Source: Candidatus Aminicenantes bacterium (GTDB taxonomy: Bacteria; Acidobacteriota; Aminicenantia; Aminicenantales; JAFGBC01). From it: DNA of 64,000 bases. Both the position numbers and the translations under genes were made by a program. Under the pieces are notes generated by a model, which worked only from the letters and a program-made list of their open reading frames with translations, ran no database searches and was not told the origin of the DNA. This document shows, one piece after another, positions 37,315 to 46,762 of the stretch. The first letter of the stretch is position 1. Every line of letters begins with the position of its first letter. The stretch lies in the NCBI GenBank assembly GCA_963702005.1, contig OY969696.1, positions 713,680 to 777,679 on the forward strand, in the 5' to 3' direction.

Positions 37315-39684
37315 TTCATGGGTGCGGATGGAGACGGACCGGCCGTCAGCCGTGATCTCGACGGCGCCGTCAAGGTCGGTCCGGTACAAGCGCACGCTGG
37401 CGTTTCTATACCTGGCCAAGACGTCCTCATTGGGCAGGCCGTAGCGGTTGCCGCTCCCTACCGACAGGACTGCGATTTGGGGCCGGACCGCCTCTAAAAA
37501 AAGCGGGGAGCTCGAGGACCGGCTTCCATGGTGGGGGATCTTTAGAACCAGGCTGGCCAGATCGGGAAAGGCCTTGACGATGCCTTCCTCGGCCGCCGTG
37601 CCGACGTCGGCTGCCAGCAGGCAGGAAAAACCGGTCATTTTAAGCCTTAGGACCATGGATAGGTCGTTGTCAGCCGGAGCCGTTTCAGGAAGCGGCTCCG
37701 CCGGATGAAGGACTTCGACCAGGACGGCCCCTTCTCGAAGAGTCTTCCCCCTCGACCAAACGGTCTGCACGGTTCCGGGCGAGAGAAGCCGTTTGAATTC
37801 CGCGTAGGAAGGATCGCCGGCCGACCGGACCGCTTCATGGAACTCCTTGACCTTGAAGTTGCGGACCACGGCTTTGAGTCCTTCCAGGTGATCGGGATGG
37901 GCGTGGGTCAGGACAACATGGTCGAGGGTCTTGATCCCCTTCCTCCACAGGAAGGGCGAGACGATCCGCTCTCCGATGTCGAATCCGTCCCCCGGGATGC
38001 CCCCTCCGTCCACGAGCATCTTCCTGCGGCCGGGGAATTCGACCAGGATGGAGTCGCCCTGGCCGACGTCGAGGAAGGTGATCCGCAGCCCGGGCGAGTA
38101 AGCCGGCGGGAACGGATAGGTGACGATGAGGATGAAAAAAACCGCGAACCCGGTTAAAATCGCGGCCTTGGCCCTCTTGCTTTTCAGGGGCGCCAGGAGG
38201 GCCAGAAGCAGGAGGTAATAGGCGATGATGAGAAGGGGATGGGGCGCGGGGATGCGGTAGGACATGAAATGGACCGGGTCGAGGAGGCCGGCGATCCAAA
38301 CGAACCCTTTCAAGCCGAACCGGAGGGCGGCGGCCAGCCACCCGGCCAGCGCAGTTGAGACAAAGGCCGTCAGGAAAAAGACGTAACCGGCCGCCATCAG
38401 TGCGGCGACCAGGGGGATGGCCGGCAGGTTGAGGAGGAAAGATGAGAACGTGACTCGGTTGAACGATGCCGCGATGACGGGAAGGACTCCGAGCTGGGCC
38501 GCCGTCGTCAGGGCCGTCATTTCCCCGAGTTTGAATGGGAGACGAGGCATCCGCTTGAGGAGAGGCTTGTAGAATAAAAGAATGCCTAAGGTGGCGAGAT
38601 AGGTCAGCTGAAACCCGGCGTCGAAGACCTGGAAGGGATTGAAGAGGAGGATGGCCAGGGCGCTGGCCGCGATCGTGTTGAGGAGGTGGACGTCCTTCCA
38701 GAGGAGCTTCCCGATGAAGAAGGCGGCGGCCATGACCGTGGCCCTGACGACCGATGCGTTTCCTTCGACGAGAAGGGCATAGCCGGCCAGAATCACGGTC
38801 AGGATTAGGTAGGAGGGGCGGGGAGAGACGCGAATGAGGCGGAGCAGGAAAAAGAGCAGGACCGCGATAATCCCGATATGGGCGCCCGAGATGGCCAGGA
38901 GATGGTAGAGCCCGGAGCGCTGGAGGACGAGGTTGACGGATTCGTCGAGACGTCCCCTCTCGCCGATGAGCAACGCCTCGAGAACGCCCCCTTCGGTCGA
39001 GAGGCCGGGCGGAGGGCCTTCGCCGAAATGCGCCTCGACCTTGCGTTGGAGGGCTTGCCGGGCCGATGAGATGGGCCCGAAGAAAAACGCCCAGGGTCCG
39101 GTCCCGATCTTCTTGACGAGAAGAGGGCTCTTGGAGAAGGCCGAGGCGTGGATCTTCCGGTTGCGCAGGATCCGGAGGTAGGGAGGAACCCTGAAGTTTC
39201 GGTCGGACGATGATACGCCGAGCTGGGCCGAAACCATGATGCGATCGCCGGTCCGGAGGGGAGGGAGCGGGTTCTCGGCCGAGAACGGAACGGTAACCCT
39301 CAAGGTTCCGCTGACGGCCGACTTGTCCGTCCCGGCCACGACCTCATCGACCTTGAGGTATAGCGTATCTTTGTCCTTGCCCCTTCCCGGCGATTGGGTC
39401 AAGGTTCCGTAGAAATCCGCAAACGCCGCGAGACGCAGCCGGTGCAGGCCGTTTTCCTCGTAGTTGCGCTCCTGCCAGACGAAGAGCAGCCCGCCCAGGA
39501 CGAGCGAAGCGGCCCAGATCATCCCCAGGCAGGCCTTGTCCTTCTTTCGCCAAGAAAAAATCCAGGCCGCGGCCAGGGAAACGCCCAGGGCGCCGGCCCA
39601 AGCTTGGAGGGGAAGAGGAACGGATGAGGCCGTCACGATTCCGAGAACGACGGCCGCCGCGACGAAGAGAAGGGGGAAAGCCAT
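37249..39684 (-). CDS. comEC: DNA internalisation-related competence protein ComEC/Rec2
   Basis: Multi-TM competence domain plus C-terminal metallo-beta-lactamase domain (VLTHAHPDHLEGL). 811 aa. Confidence 0.8.
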   Translation of the reverse strand: MAFPLLFVAAAVVLGIVTASSVPLPLQAWAGALGVSLAAAWIFSWRKKDKACLGMIWAASLVLGGLLFVWQERNYEENGLHRLRLAAFADFYGTLTQSPGRGKDKDTLYLKVDEVVAGTDKSAVSGTLRVTVPFSAENPLPPLRTGDRIMVSAQLGVSSSDRNFRVPPYLRILRNRKIHASAFSKSPLLVKKIGTGPWAFFFGPISSARQALQRKVEAHFGEGPPPGLSTEGGVLEALLIGERGRLDESVNLVLQRSGLYHLLAISGAHIGIIAVLLFFLLRLIRVSPRPSYLILTVILAGYALLVEGNASVVRATVMAAAFFIGKLLWKDVHLLNTIAASALAILLFNPFQVFDAGFQLTYLATLGILLFYKPLLKRMPRLPFKLGEMTALTTAAQLGVLPVIAASFNRVTFSSFLLNLPAIPLVAALMAAGYVFFLTAFVSTALAGWLAAALRFGLKGFVWIAGLLDPVHFMSYRIPAPHPLLIIAYYLLLLALLAPLKSKRAKAAILTGFAVFFILIVTYPFPPAYSPGLRITFLDVGQGDSILVEFPGRRKMLVDGGGIPGDGFDIGERIVSPFLWRKGIKTLDHVVLTHAHPDHLEGLKAVVRNFKVKEFHEAVRSAGDPSYAEFKRLLSPGTVQTVWSRGKTLREGAVLVEVLHPAEPLPETAPADNDLSMVLRLKMTGFSCLLAADVGTAAEEGIVKAFPDLASLVLKIPHHGSRSSSSPLFLEAVRPQIAVLSVGSGNRYGLPNEDVLARYRNASVRLYRTDLDGAVEITADGRSVSIRTHENSGDTRLNSQAAIVDKEGVRN

Positions 39685-39687
39685 GCG

Positions 39688-41019
39688 CTAAGAGCCGATT
39701 TTGGAAGGGGCGGGCTCGACCCTGCTTTGGAGCTCGAGGCCGTCGAGAACGAGATGGCAGAGGAGCTTGATGGCCAGGGGGAGACTACGTTCGTCGGGGT
39801 TGAACAAGGCGCTGTTGAGAGGGGCCGCGCTCGAGAGTCGCGGATTCCGGACGCCGAGGAGGAAGAAGAAGCCGGGAGCCTTCTGGGTGTAGAAGCCGAA
39901 ATCGTCCGAGATCGTCTGGGGGATGAGCGGAAGGACGTTGTCCTGTCCTTGGAGATCGACCAGGGTCGGCAGGAGGCTTCGAACGAGGTCGGCCAGGTTG
40001 ACGACGGGAGGGATCACCGGCTTGATATCGAAGGCATAATCCGCGCCGAAGGGAGTCACGACGCCCCTGACGATGCTTTCGATCAGGCGGGGCATCCGGC
40101 GCCGGTTGGCCTCGCTCAGGGTTCGGACCGTGCCCTCCAGCACCGCCTTGTCGGCGACCATCCCGGCGCTCGTCCCGCCTTCGATAAGGCCGACCGTCAG
40201 GACGATTGGGTCCTGAGGATCGGCCGTCCGGCTGGCGATGGACTGGAGGGCGACGACGATTTGGGCGGCCAGGACGATCGCGTCGATCCCTTCATAGGGG
40301 CGGGCGCCGTGGGCCGTCCGGCCCTTGACGGTGATTTGGAACCAGTCGGCGCCGGCCAGGACGGGGCCGCTCGAGACGAAGACTTGTCCGAGCTGCTCGG
40401 GCCAGACATGAAAGCCGACGATGGCCCTGACGGTCGGGTTTTCGAGAACGCCCTCGGCGATCATGGCCGCCGCCCCCGATTCGCCCCCGTCCGTTCCTCC
40501 CTCAGAGGCCGGCTGGAAGATGAACTTGACGTTTCCCGGAATGATATCCTTAAGGCCGGCCAGGACCATGGCCGTCCCCAGGACGGCCGAGATATGGATA
40601 TCGTGGCCGCAGGCGTGCATGATGCCGGGATTCAGGGATTTATAAGGAAGGTCATTGGCCTCCTGGATGGGGAGGGCGTCCAGGTCGGCCCGCAGGGCAA
40701 GCGTGCTCCCGTGGTCGCGGCCCCGGAGAAGGGCGACGACGCCGGTCTTGGCGACGCCGGTCTTGACTTCGAGGCCGAGCGAGACGAGCTTGGCCGCGAC
40801 GAGCTTGGCCGTCTCGACTTCCTCCCCGGCCAGCTCGGGATTCATATGAATGAAGCGGCGGATCTTGATGATTTCGGCCCGGCCTCGCTCGACGGCCTCG
40901 TCGATCCGCTGGGCGGTCGGCTTGTCGACGGCCCGGGCCGGTCCGGCCGCGAGGGCGCACACGGCCAGGGCCGATAGCATGGACGGAAGAATCGCCGCCG
41001 CTTTCCCATTCCCTCTCAT
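39688..41019 (-). CDS. M20 family amidohydrolase (aminoacylase/hippurate hydrolase-like), exported
   Basis: Signal peptide; HACGHD metal-binding motif; M20D-like size. Confidence 0.75.
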   Translation of the reverse strand: MRGNGKAAAILPSMLSALAVCALAAGPARAVDKPTAQRIDEAVERGRAEIIKIRRFIHMNPELAGEEVETAKLVAAKLVSLGLEVKTGVAKTGVVALLRGRDHGSTLALRADLDALPIQEANDLPYKSLNPGIMHACGHDIHISAVLGTAMVLAGLKDIIPGNVKFIFQPASEGGTDGGESGAAAMIAEGVLENPTVRAIVGFHVWPEQLGQVFVSSGPVLAGADWFQITVKGRTAHGARPYEGIDAIVLAAQIVVALQSIASRTADPQDPIVLTVGLIEGGTSAGMVADKAVLEGTVRTLSEANRRRMPRLIESIVRGVVTPFGADYAFDIKPVIPPVVNLADLVRSLLPTLVDLQGQDNVLPLIPQTISDDFGFYTQKAPGFFFLLGVRNPRLSSAAPLNSALFNPDERSLPLAIKLLCHLVLDGLELQSRVEPAPSKIGS

Positions 41020-41083
41020 AGACGCCTCTTGCGCCGCCCGGTGGCCCGGGCGGAATCCGAAACCGAAGCCGGACGCGCCGGCG

Positions 41084-41404
41084 CTATTTGGGCTCGTCCT
41101 TGGCGGGGCCCGGGGTCTTGGTCATCTCGTCGCGCTTTTTCTCGATGAAATCGCGGATGGCCTCGACGCCGTCCTGGGTCTTTTCCTTCACATACTGGAC
41201 GCCCTTCTCGGCCTCCCGGGCGATCTTCTCGTAGTTCTCCTTGGCCTTTTCGCCGGTCTTGACGGCTTGCTCCTTGAGCTTCTTCCGGGTCTCCTTGCCG
41301 CTGGCGGGGGCGAACAGGACGCCGAGCACGAAGCCGGCGGCGGCCCCGATCAGGAACGAAACGGCGACTTCAAGGGCGCCCGACCCTTTGTGATCGTCTG
41401 CCAT
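41084..41404 (-). CDS. YtxH-like protein
   Basis: N-terminal TM (LIGAAAGFVLGVLFAPASGKETRKKL) followed by a charged helical region. Confidence 0.55.
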   Translation of the reverse strand: MADDHKGSGALEVAVSFLIGAAAGFVLGVLFAPASGKETRKKLKEQAVKTGEKAKENYEKIAREAEKGVQYVKEKTQDGVEAIRDFIEKKRDEMTKTPGPAKDEPK

Positions 41405-41405
41405 T

Positions 41406-41765
41406 TCACTTCTCCTTTCGCTTCTTGAATTGCTGCCACCCCATGCGAAGGAGCGGGAAGAGGAACGGCCACCACTTCGAGGAGGGGCGGATGACTTTGG
41501 TCGTCACGAACAGGGCGATCTCCGAAGCGGACTCCGTCATCTTCCGGGTGGCTTGGATGGTCCCGGCCAGGTCCTCGACGGCCAGGTTGACCTTGCGCTC
41601 GGTCTCCTGGAGGTTCCGGAGGAGGGCCGTCGCCTCGGCCATGGCTTTTTGGGCCTCCCGGGCCGTCCGGCTGAGCTGGAGGAAGAGCCGGGCCAGGAAG
41701 GCGAGGGCCACGACGGCCGCGACGGTCAAGACCAGCCACAGGGCCTGGCTGAGGGTGATCTGCAT
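41406..41765 (-). CDS. DUF948-like membrane protein
   Basis: N-terminal TM plus coiled coil. Commonly paired with YtxH. Confidence 0.5.
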   Translation of the reverse strand: MQITLSQALWLVLTVAAVVALAFLARLFLQLSRTAREAQKAMAEATALLRNLQETERKVNLAVEDLAGTIQATRKMTESASEIALFVTTKVIRPSSKWWPFLFPLLRMGWQQFKKRKEK

Positions 41766-41811
41766 GGTAACCTCAAAAATAGACCAAAAAGGGGGGCTTT
41801 GTCAATCGACG

Positions 41812-42429
41812 TCAGACGGCAGGCTCGGAAGGGACCGGTGTTTTTTTGCCGGGCGGCCAGAGCACCTTGTTGAGGCCGGTCAGGCCGAAGGCGGCCTCCA
41901 TCCGTTCCAGGAGGTTGGGGTATAGGCCCTCGGCTCCGGCCTTGACCGCGTCCTCCCACTCGGCGAGGAGCTCGGAAACCTCGAAGTCGTGCCCCTTGCG
42001 GCCGAGATGCTGGAGGCCCCGCAGGGCCTGCCAGTGGGTGATCATGATAAGGGCCAGGGCGCCGAAGAAGACGTTGGGGCCGGGGAGAAGCGTGGCCAGG
42101 CCGCTCAAGGGGAGGAGCAGGGTTTCTCCGACGAGGAGCAGGATATGGCGGGTCCGCTGCTTCTGGAGGAACAGGAAGAAGCGGAAGCGGACCTTCTTAT
42201 CCTCGGTCCGGGCGGAGACGAGGATGCGGACCGAAGGACCCTCGAGCCGGGCGACCCGGGCCAGGGCCTGCTCCTGACGCAGGGAGCGCTGAGGGAGGAG
42301 GAGAAGCTTGGCTTTGGCTTTGTCCCAAAGCCTTCGCCAGCGGGTGGTACGGACTTCGATCGGCCGAACGGGCTCGGTCGAGAAGAAGCTGTACTTATGG
42401 CCGGCGTCTCGGACGAAGAAGAATGTCAT
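41812..42429 (-). CDS. Hypothetical membrane protein (real start at MTFFFVRDAGHKY; the upstream Arg-rich ORF part is an artefact)
   Basis: Coding-like only from the internal Met. Two predicted hydrophobic helices. Confidence 0.4.
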   Translation of the reverse strand: MTFFFVRDAGHKYSFFSTEPVRPIEVRTTRWRRLWDKAKAKLLLLPQRSLRQEQALARVARLEGPSVRILVSARTEDKKVRFRFFLFLQKQRTRHILLLVGETLLLPLSGLATLLPGPNVFFGALALIMITHWQALRGLQHLGRKGHDFEVSELLAEWEDAVKAGAEGLYPNLLERMEAAFGLTGLNKVLWPPGKKTPVPSEPAV

Positions 42430-42470
42430 GCATTCTCTGGTACGCGCCGCCGCCGCGAAAGTTGGCCGGC

Positions 42471-44505
42471 TCAGAAGCTCCGCGCGCAGATCCCGCCGCC
42501 CGCGGTCCCGACGTAGATCTTGCGGGCGGCGCCGTCGACCTGGATCGAGTTCACGCTCTTGACCGGCAGGTCGCCGGAGAGGTCCGTCCAGGTCGCCCCC
42601 TTGTCGGCGCTGTGCCAGAGGCCGTTCCAGTTCCCGACAAAAAGCTCGTTCGGATTGAGCTTGTTGACGGCCAGGCAATCGCCGGAATAGGGCGCGTTGG
42701 CGAGCTTGGTCCAGGAGCCGCCGCCGTCCGTGGAGGCGAAAATGCCTTCCCACCCGGTCGCGGCATAGACCGTGGCGGGAGAGCCGCCGGACACGGCCAG
42801 GGCGTCGATCGGGCACCCGGTCGAGGGCGGGCTCAACGAGGTCCAGTTGGCCCCGCCGTCCGTGCTTTTATGCAGGACCGGCGAGCCGGAGGAGGTCGTG
42901 CCGGCGACATAGATCGTCCGGGTATTGGAGGGGTCGAACGCGGCGGCGCAAGCCTGGCTGTTTTCATCGGTCCGAATCCGGACCTGGGTCCAAGTCAGGC
43001 CGCCGTCGGTCGAGATGAAAACGCCCATGTAATTTTTGCCGCCGACCACGATGTATCCCGCCGCCAGGACGCGGTTGGGAACGGCCGGGTCGACGACCAG
43101 GATCAGCCCCTGGCAGCCGGCGCCGGGAAGAAGCTGTTGAAAGTTGGCGCCTCCGTCTACAGACCTGTAGACGCGGGGGGTGCTTCAGCCGTAGGTCGAG
43201 AGATAAACCCGGTTCGGGTCCGCGCTGGGGACGGCCAGGTCGGCGATGTTGTCGCTCCCCAGGAAATCGGGGAGCTTCGTCCAGCTCGCGCAGGCGTTCG
43301 CGCTCTTGAAAACCCCGACCGACGTCGCCGCCGCGTACGCCGTGGCCGGAGCGATCGCCGAGGACGAAGAGCCGGGCATCCGGAACCCCCCGATGTTCGT
43401 CGCCAGGATCCCCGCCTGGGACGGCAGGAAGGTTTTCCCGGCGCTGGTGCTTTTAAAGACCCCCGCCGTCGCGGAGACGTGAACCGTGCTTCCCGAGATC
43501 AAGACCTTCGACGCGAGTCCGGCGAAGCCGGTCCCGCATTTGGTCCAATCCGTTCCGCCGTTCGTGCTCTTCCAGACTTCCTTGGACCCGCCGCCGTACA
43601 CGATGCTGGGATGGACCTTGTTCGAAGGCCAGGGACTCCAGGTAAGCGATATAAGACGGGCTGTTCTGCTTCTTCCAAGTGGTCCCGGAGTTGGCCGATA
43701 TCGCCACCCCCGCTACCGTGTTTTGGTAGGACACCAAGATCCGGGAGGGATTCGAGGGGTCGATGGCGACCGTGTAAGCATAGTTGACTATGGTGTGGAG
43801 ATCGTTCATGAATGCGGGCGTGACGTTCTTCCAGGCCCCCCCGCCGTTCGTGGAGCGGAAGACGCGGGCGCGATAATTCGAGCCGTCGTAGAAGTACCCG
43901 CAGAAGAAAATGGTGGACGGATTCTTGGGGGAGATGGCGATATCGCGGCCGTAGGCGTAGCTCGACGTCGCCTCCATCGTCTTATGGCTCCAGGTTTGGC
44001 CGCCGTTCGTCGTCATGAAGACGGCGAGGCATGTCTTCCAACTGGACGTGTCATAGGTATAACTCCCCGCGACGAAAATGACCTTGGGATTTTGGGGGTT
44101 GATGGCGATCCTCCCGGAATAGCCCTGCCGGTATTGGCCGAACGGAAGCTTCGTGAAGGTCGACCCTTGATCGACCGATTTATAAAGTCCGTCCGAGGCC
44201 AGGATATAGATCGTCCGCGGATTTTTAGGGTCCAGGACGAAATCGTAAGCGTAATCGCCGAGGATGGACTTGAGGGTCCAGCTCTTGCCGTTGTTGACGG
44301 ACCGGTACACCAGCCCGCGCTCGGACACCGCATAAAGCTCGGAGGGCGATTTGAGGTTGCGGGCGATGCCCATGATGTTGCCGCCGGTGGGGCCGAGCTG
44401 GGTCCAGACCGCCGCTTGATCCACAGGGCGGGCGGCGCGCATGCCGGGGCCGCCGATGAGAAGGGCGCCAAGGATTGCCCAGATATAAACGGCCGGTCTT
44501 TTCAT
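42471..44505 (-). pseudogene. BNR/Asp-box repeat beta-propeller protein, paralog D: frameshift near 43450-43600 plus in-frame TGA at 43185-43187
   Basis: Three ORF pieces (43453-44505, 43185-43601, 42471-43049) with a signal peptide and repeated S-x-D-x-G-x-T-W motifs. The last two pieces are in the same frame, separated by one TGA. Confidence 0.6.
43154..43187 (-). other. In-frame TGA plus SECIS-like hairpin (CGUCUACA-GGUC-UGUAGACG) of paralog D
   Basis: The hairpin starts 11 nt 3' of the UGA on the coding strand. The loop is GGUC. It is coded by VYRSVD using the rare codons GUA, AGG and UCU. Confidence 0.6.
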
Positions 44506-44547
44506 TCTCCCTCCTCCGGAAAAATCCGCATTTTCCCTTCTCGGCCA

Positions 44548-44575
44548 TTATAGCGGGGGGTGTCCCGGCGGTCAA
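44548..44575 (-). promoter_or_regulatory. Sigma-70-like promoter of paralog D (TTGACC-N17-TATAAT)
   Basis: The same arrangement is conserved upstream of paralogs A, B and C. Confidence 0.45.
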
Positions 44576-44644
44576 CAGAGGTTGAGGCTCGGCGTCCGAG
44601 CCGCTGGGAGGCGACTGGTCGTCACCCCGGCGCCGGCCCGCTCC

Positions 44645-46666
44645 CTAAAACGTCCGCTTCCAGATGCCTCCACCTTGGGTCCCGACGTAGAGGGTGTGGT
44701 TCGTCGCGTTGAAAACGAGCTGATTTACGTACGGAACGGGCAGTCCCTGGCTGACGTCGGTCCAGGTCAGGCCCCGGTTCTGGCTGTAAAAAACGTTCTG
44801 GTTGTTTCCGACGAACACTTGGTTGGGATTGTTCTTGTTGACGGCCACGGCCCGGAAACCGTAGCTGTATGTTGTGAAGGTGCACTTGGTCCAGGAGGTC
44901 CCGCCGTTCGCACTCCGCCAGAGCTCACTGTTGGTCCCGACATAGACGATATTCGAGTCCTGGGGATCGACGGCGATCGCCTGGGGCGGGTATTGAATCC
45001 CGTTCGTGATCGCGGTCCAGTTGACCCCCCCATCCGCGCTCCTATACACGAGAGCGCTAGAGTTGGAGGTATATCCGCCGACGTAGAGGATGTTCGCGTC
45101 GCCCGGCGCGACCGCCACCACGGTCGATTGGCTGCCCTCTTGGGTGCTGATCCGGATGGGCGTCCAGTTCGTCCCCCCGTCCTTGGAGACGACGATTCCC
45201 ATCGACGTGACGCTCCCTTGTTTGACTGATCCGGTAATGATAAGTTGGCTGAAGTTCTGGGGATTCGCGTAGAGGCTTCCGTATCGGCACTCGTAGAGAT
45301 CGTAAATCTGTTGGAACGTCCGTCCTCCGTCTACAGACCTGTAGACGAATTCGCCCTGCGGTCAGCCGCTGGGCTTGACATAGATGGTATTGGGATTCGT
45401 GGGGTGAACGACGATGCTGGCGACGAGCGTGCTGCCCACGAATGTTCCGCAGGTCGTCCAGGCCGATCCCCCATTGGCCGTCTTAAAGAGGGCATATCCC
45501 GTGATCCCGGCGTAGATGGTGCTCGGCGAAGAAGGCGAGACGCCTAAAGCCGCGATGTTCGAGCCGCGGATGCCGGCGTGGCTGGGATTCCAGGTGGAGC
45601 CGCCGTTCTTGCTCAGGAAAATCCCAACCTGGCTTGCCAGGTGGACATTGGACCCGGCGGCCAGGATTATGCGGCTCTCTCCATGGATGCCGTCGCTGTA
45701 AGCTTTCCAGGTGATCCCGCCGTCCGTGCTCTTGAGGACGCTGTAGACGTAATCGAGCTCGCCTCCGGCATAAAGGATCTTGGAGTTGGCGGAATCGGCC
45801 GTGATGGAGTACACATACGTGATCCCTGGAGTCTGTTGGGCCTTCCAGCTTCCGCCGGCGTTCGTCGTCCGGGCGATGCCGTTGTTGTGGGCCACCCAGG
45901 CTTTTTTCGGGTCGTGGGCGTCTACATAGATGGCGTTACAGGCGGGATAGGTTCCGTCGAAAATCGCGGCGCCGCCGACGCTCGTCCAGGTGCTTCCTCC
46001 GTTCTTCGAAACGTAGGCGCGGCCGGTATCGACGCTGTTCTTATAGTCGTAGCCGCATAGATAAATGTAATTGGGGTTGGCCTTGGCAAAAACGACGTCA
46101 TATCCATAGCCGGAATCGGCCGAGTTCGGGAACCTCTTGACGGTCCAAGACGCGCCGCCGTTCGTCGTTTTAGCGACGGCGATATCGCTTTTGTAGTTCA
46201 CGTTGTCATACCGGTATGACCCGGCGATCATAATGATCTGGGGATTGGCCGGGTGGACGGCGATCCGGCCGTACCAGCCGGTAAATCCGGCCGGGAATGC
46301 GCGAACCGTGAAATTTTTGCCCTTGTCCGTGCTCTTGTGAAGATAGCCGTAGCTGAGGACGTAGATCGTGCTCGGGGTCTTGGGATCGACAGCGAGGTCG
46401 TAGATCGCCTGGGAGACGATGGATTGGCGCGTCCAGCTCGCGCCGCTGTTCGTGGATCTCCAAACCTGACTCGGCCAGCTCGAGCTCGCGGCATAGAGCT
46501 CGGCCGCCGACTTGGGATTCCGGGCCAGGCCGCGGATATCCCCTCCGTAGGGGCCGACCGGGGTCCAGGAACCGGCCCGGTCGGGCCGCTCGATCGGGGC
46601 GGAGCCGCGCCCGAAGAGGAAGACGGCGCACAGGACCGCCAGGATGATGACGACGGCTTTTTTCAT
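44645..46666 (-). CDS. Secreted BNR/Asp-box repeat beta-propeller protein, paralog A; single in-frame TGA at 45362-45364 (candidate selenocysteine or read-through)
   Basis: The N-terminal ORF (signal peptide MKKAVVIILAVLCAV) ends at TGA. The next 53 codons have no stop and read PQGEFVYRSVDGGRTFQQIY, a canonical BNR motif. They are in the same frame as the C-terminal ORF 44645-45202. Confidence 0.65.
45328..45364 (-). other. In-frame TGA plus SECIS-like hairpin (CGUCUACA-GGUC-UGUAGACG) of paralog A
   Basis: Perfect 8-bp stem with GGUC loop, 14 nt 3' of the UGA. Confidence 0.6.
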
Positions 46667-46708
46667 AGGCCCTCCTCCGGGGTTCGAGCTCGTTGCATCC
46701 GTGACCGG

Positions 46709-46738
46709 ATTATAGGCAATTTCCCGCCCGGCGGTCAA
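46709..46738 (-). promoter_or_regulatory. Sigma-70-like promoter of paralog A (TTGACC-N18-TATAAT); RBS GGAGGAGGG before the ATG
   Basis: ttgaccgccgggcgggaaattgcctataat on the coding strand. Confidence 0.45.
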
Positions 46739-46762
46739 TACAAAGGGTTGAAGGGGGGCTGC

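Noticed and set aside
45203-45361. Treating the N-terminal and C-terminal ORFs of each BNR locus as two separate genes
   Set aside because: - **No start signal:** The C-terminal pieces have no RBS or start context.
- **Same frame:** They are in the same frame as the upstream piece in all five loci.
- **Motif spans the junction:** The BNR motif VYRSVDGG straddles the junction, so a continuous polypeptide is far more parsimonious.
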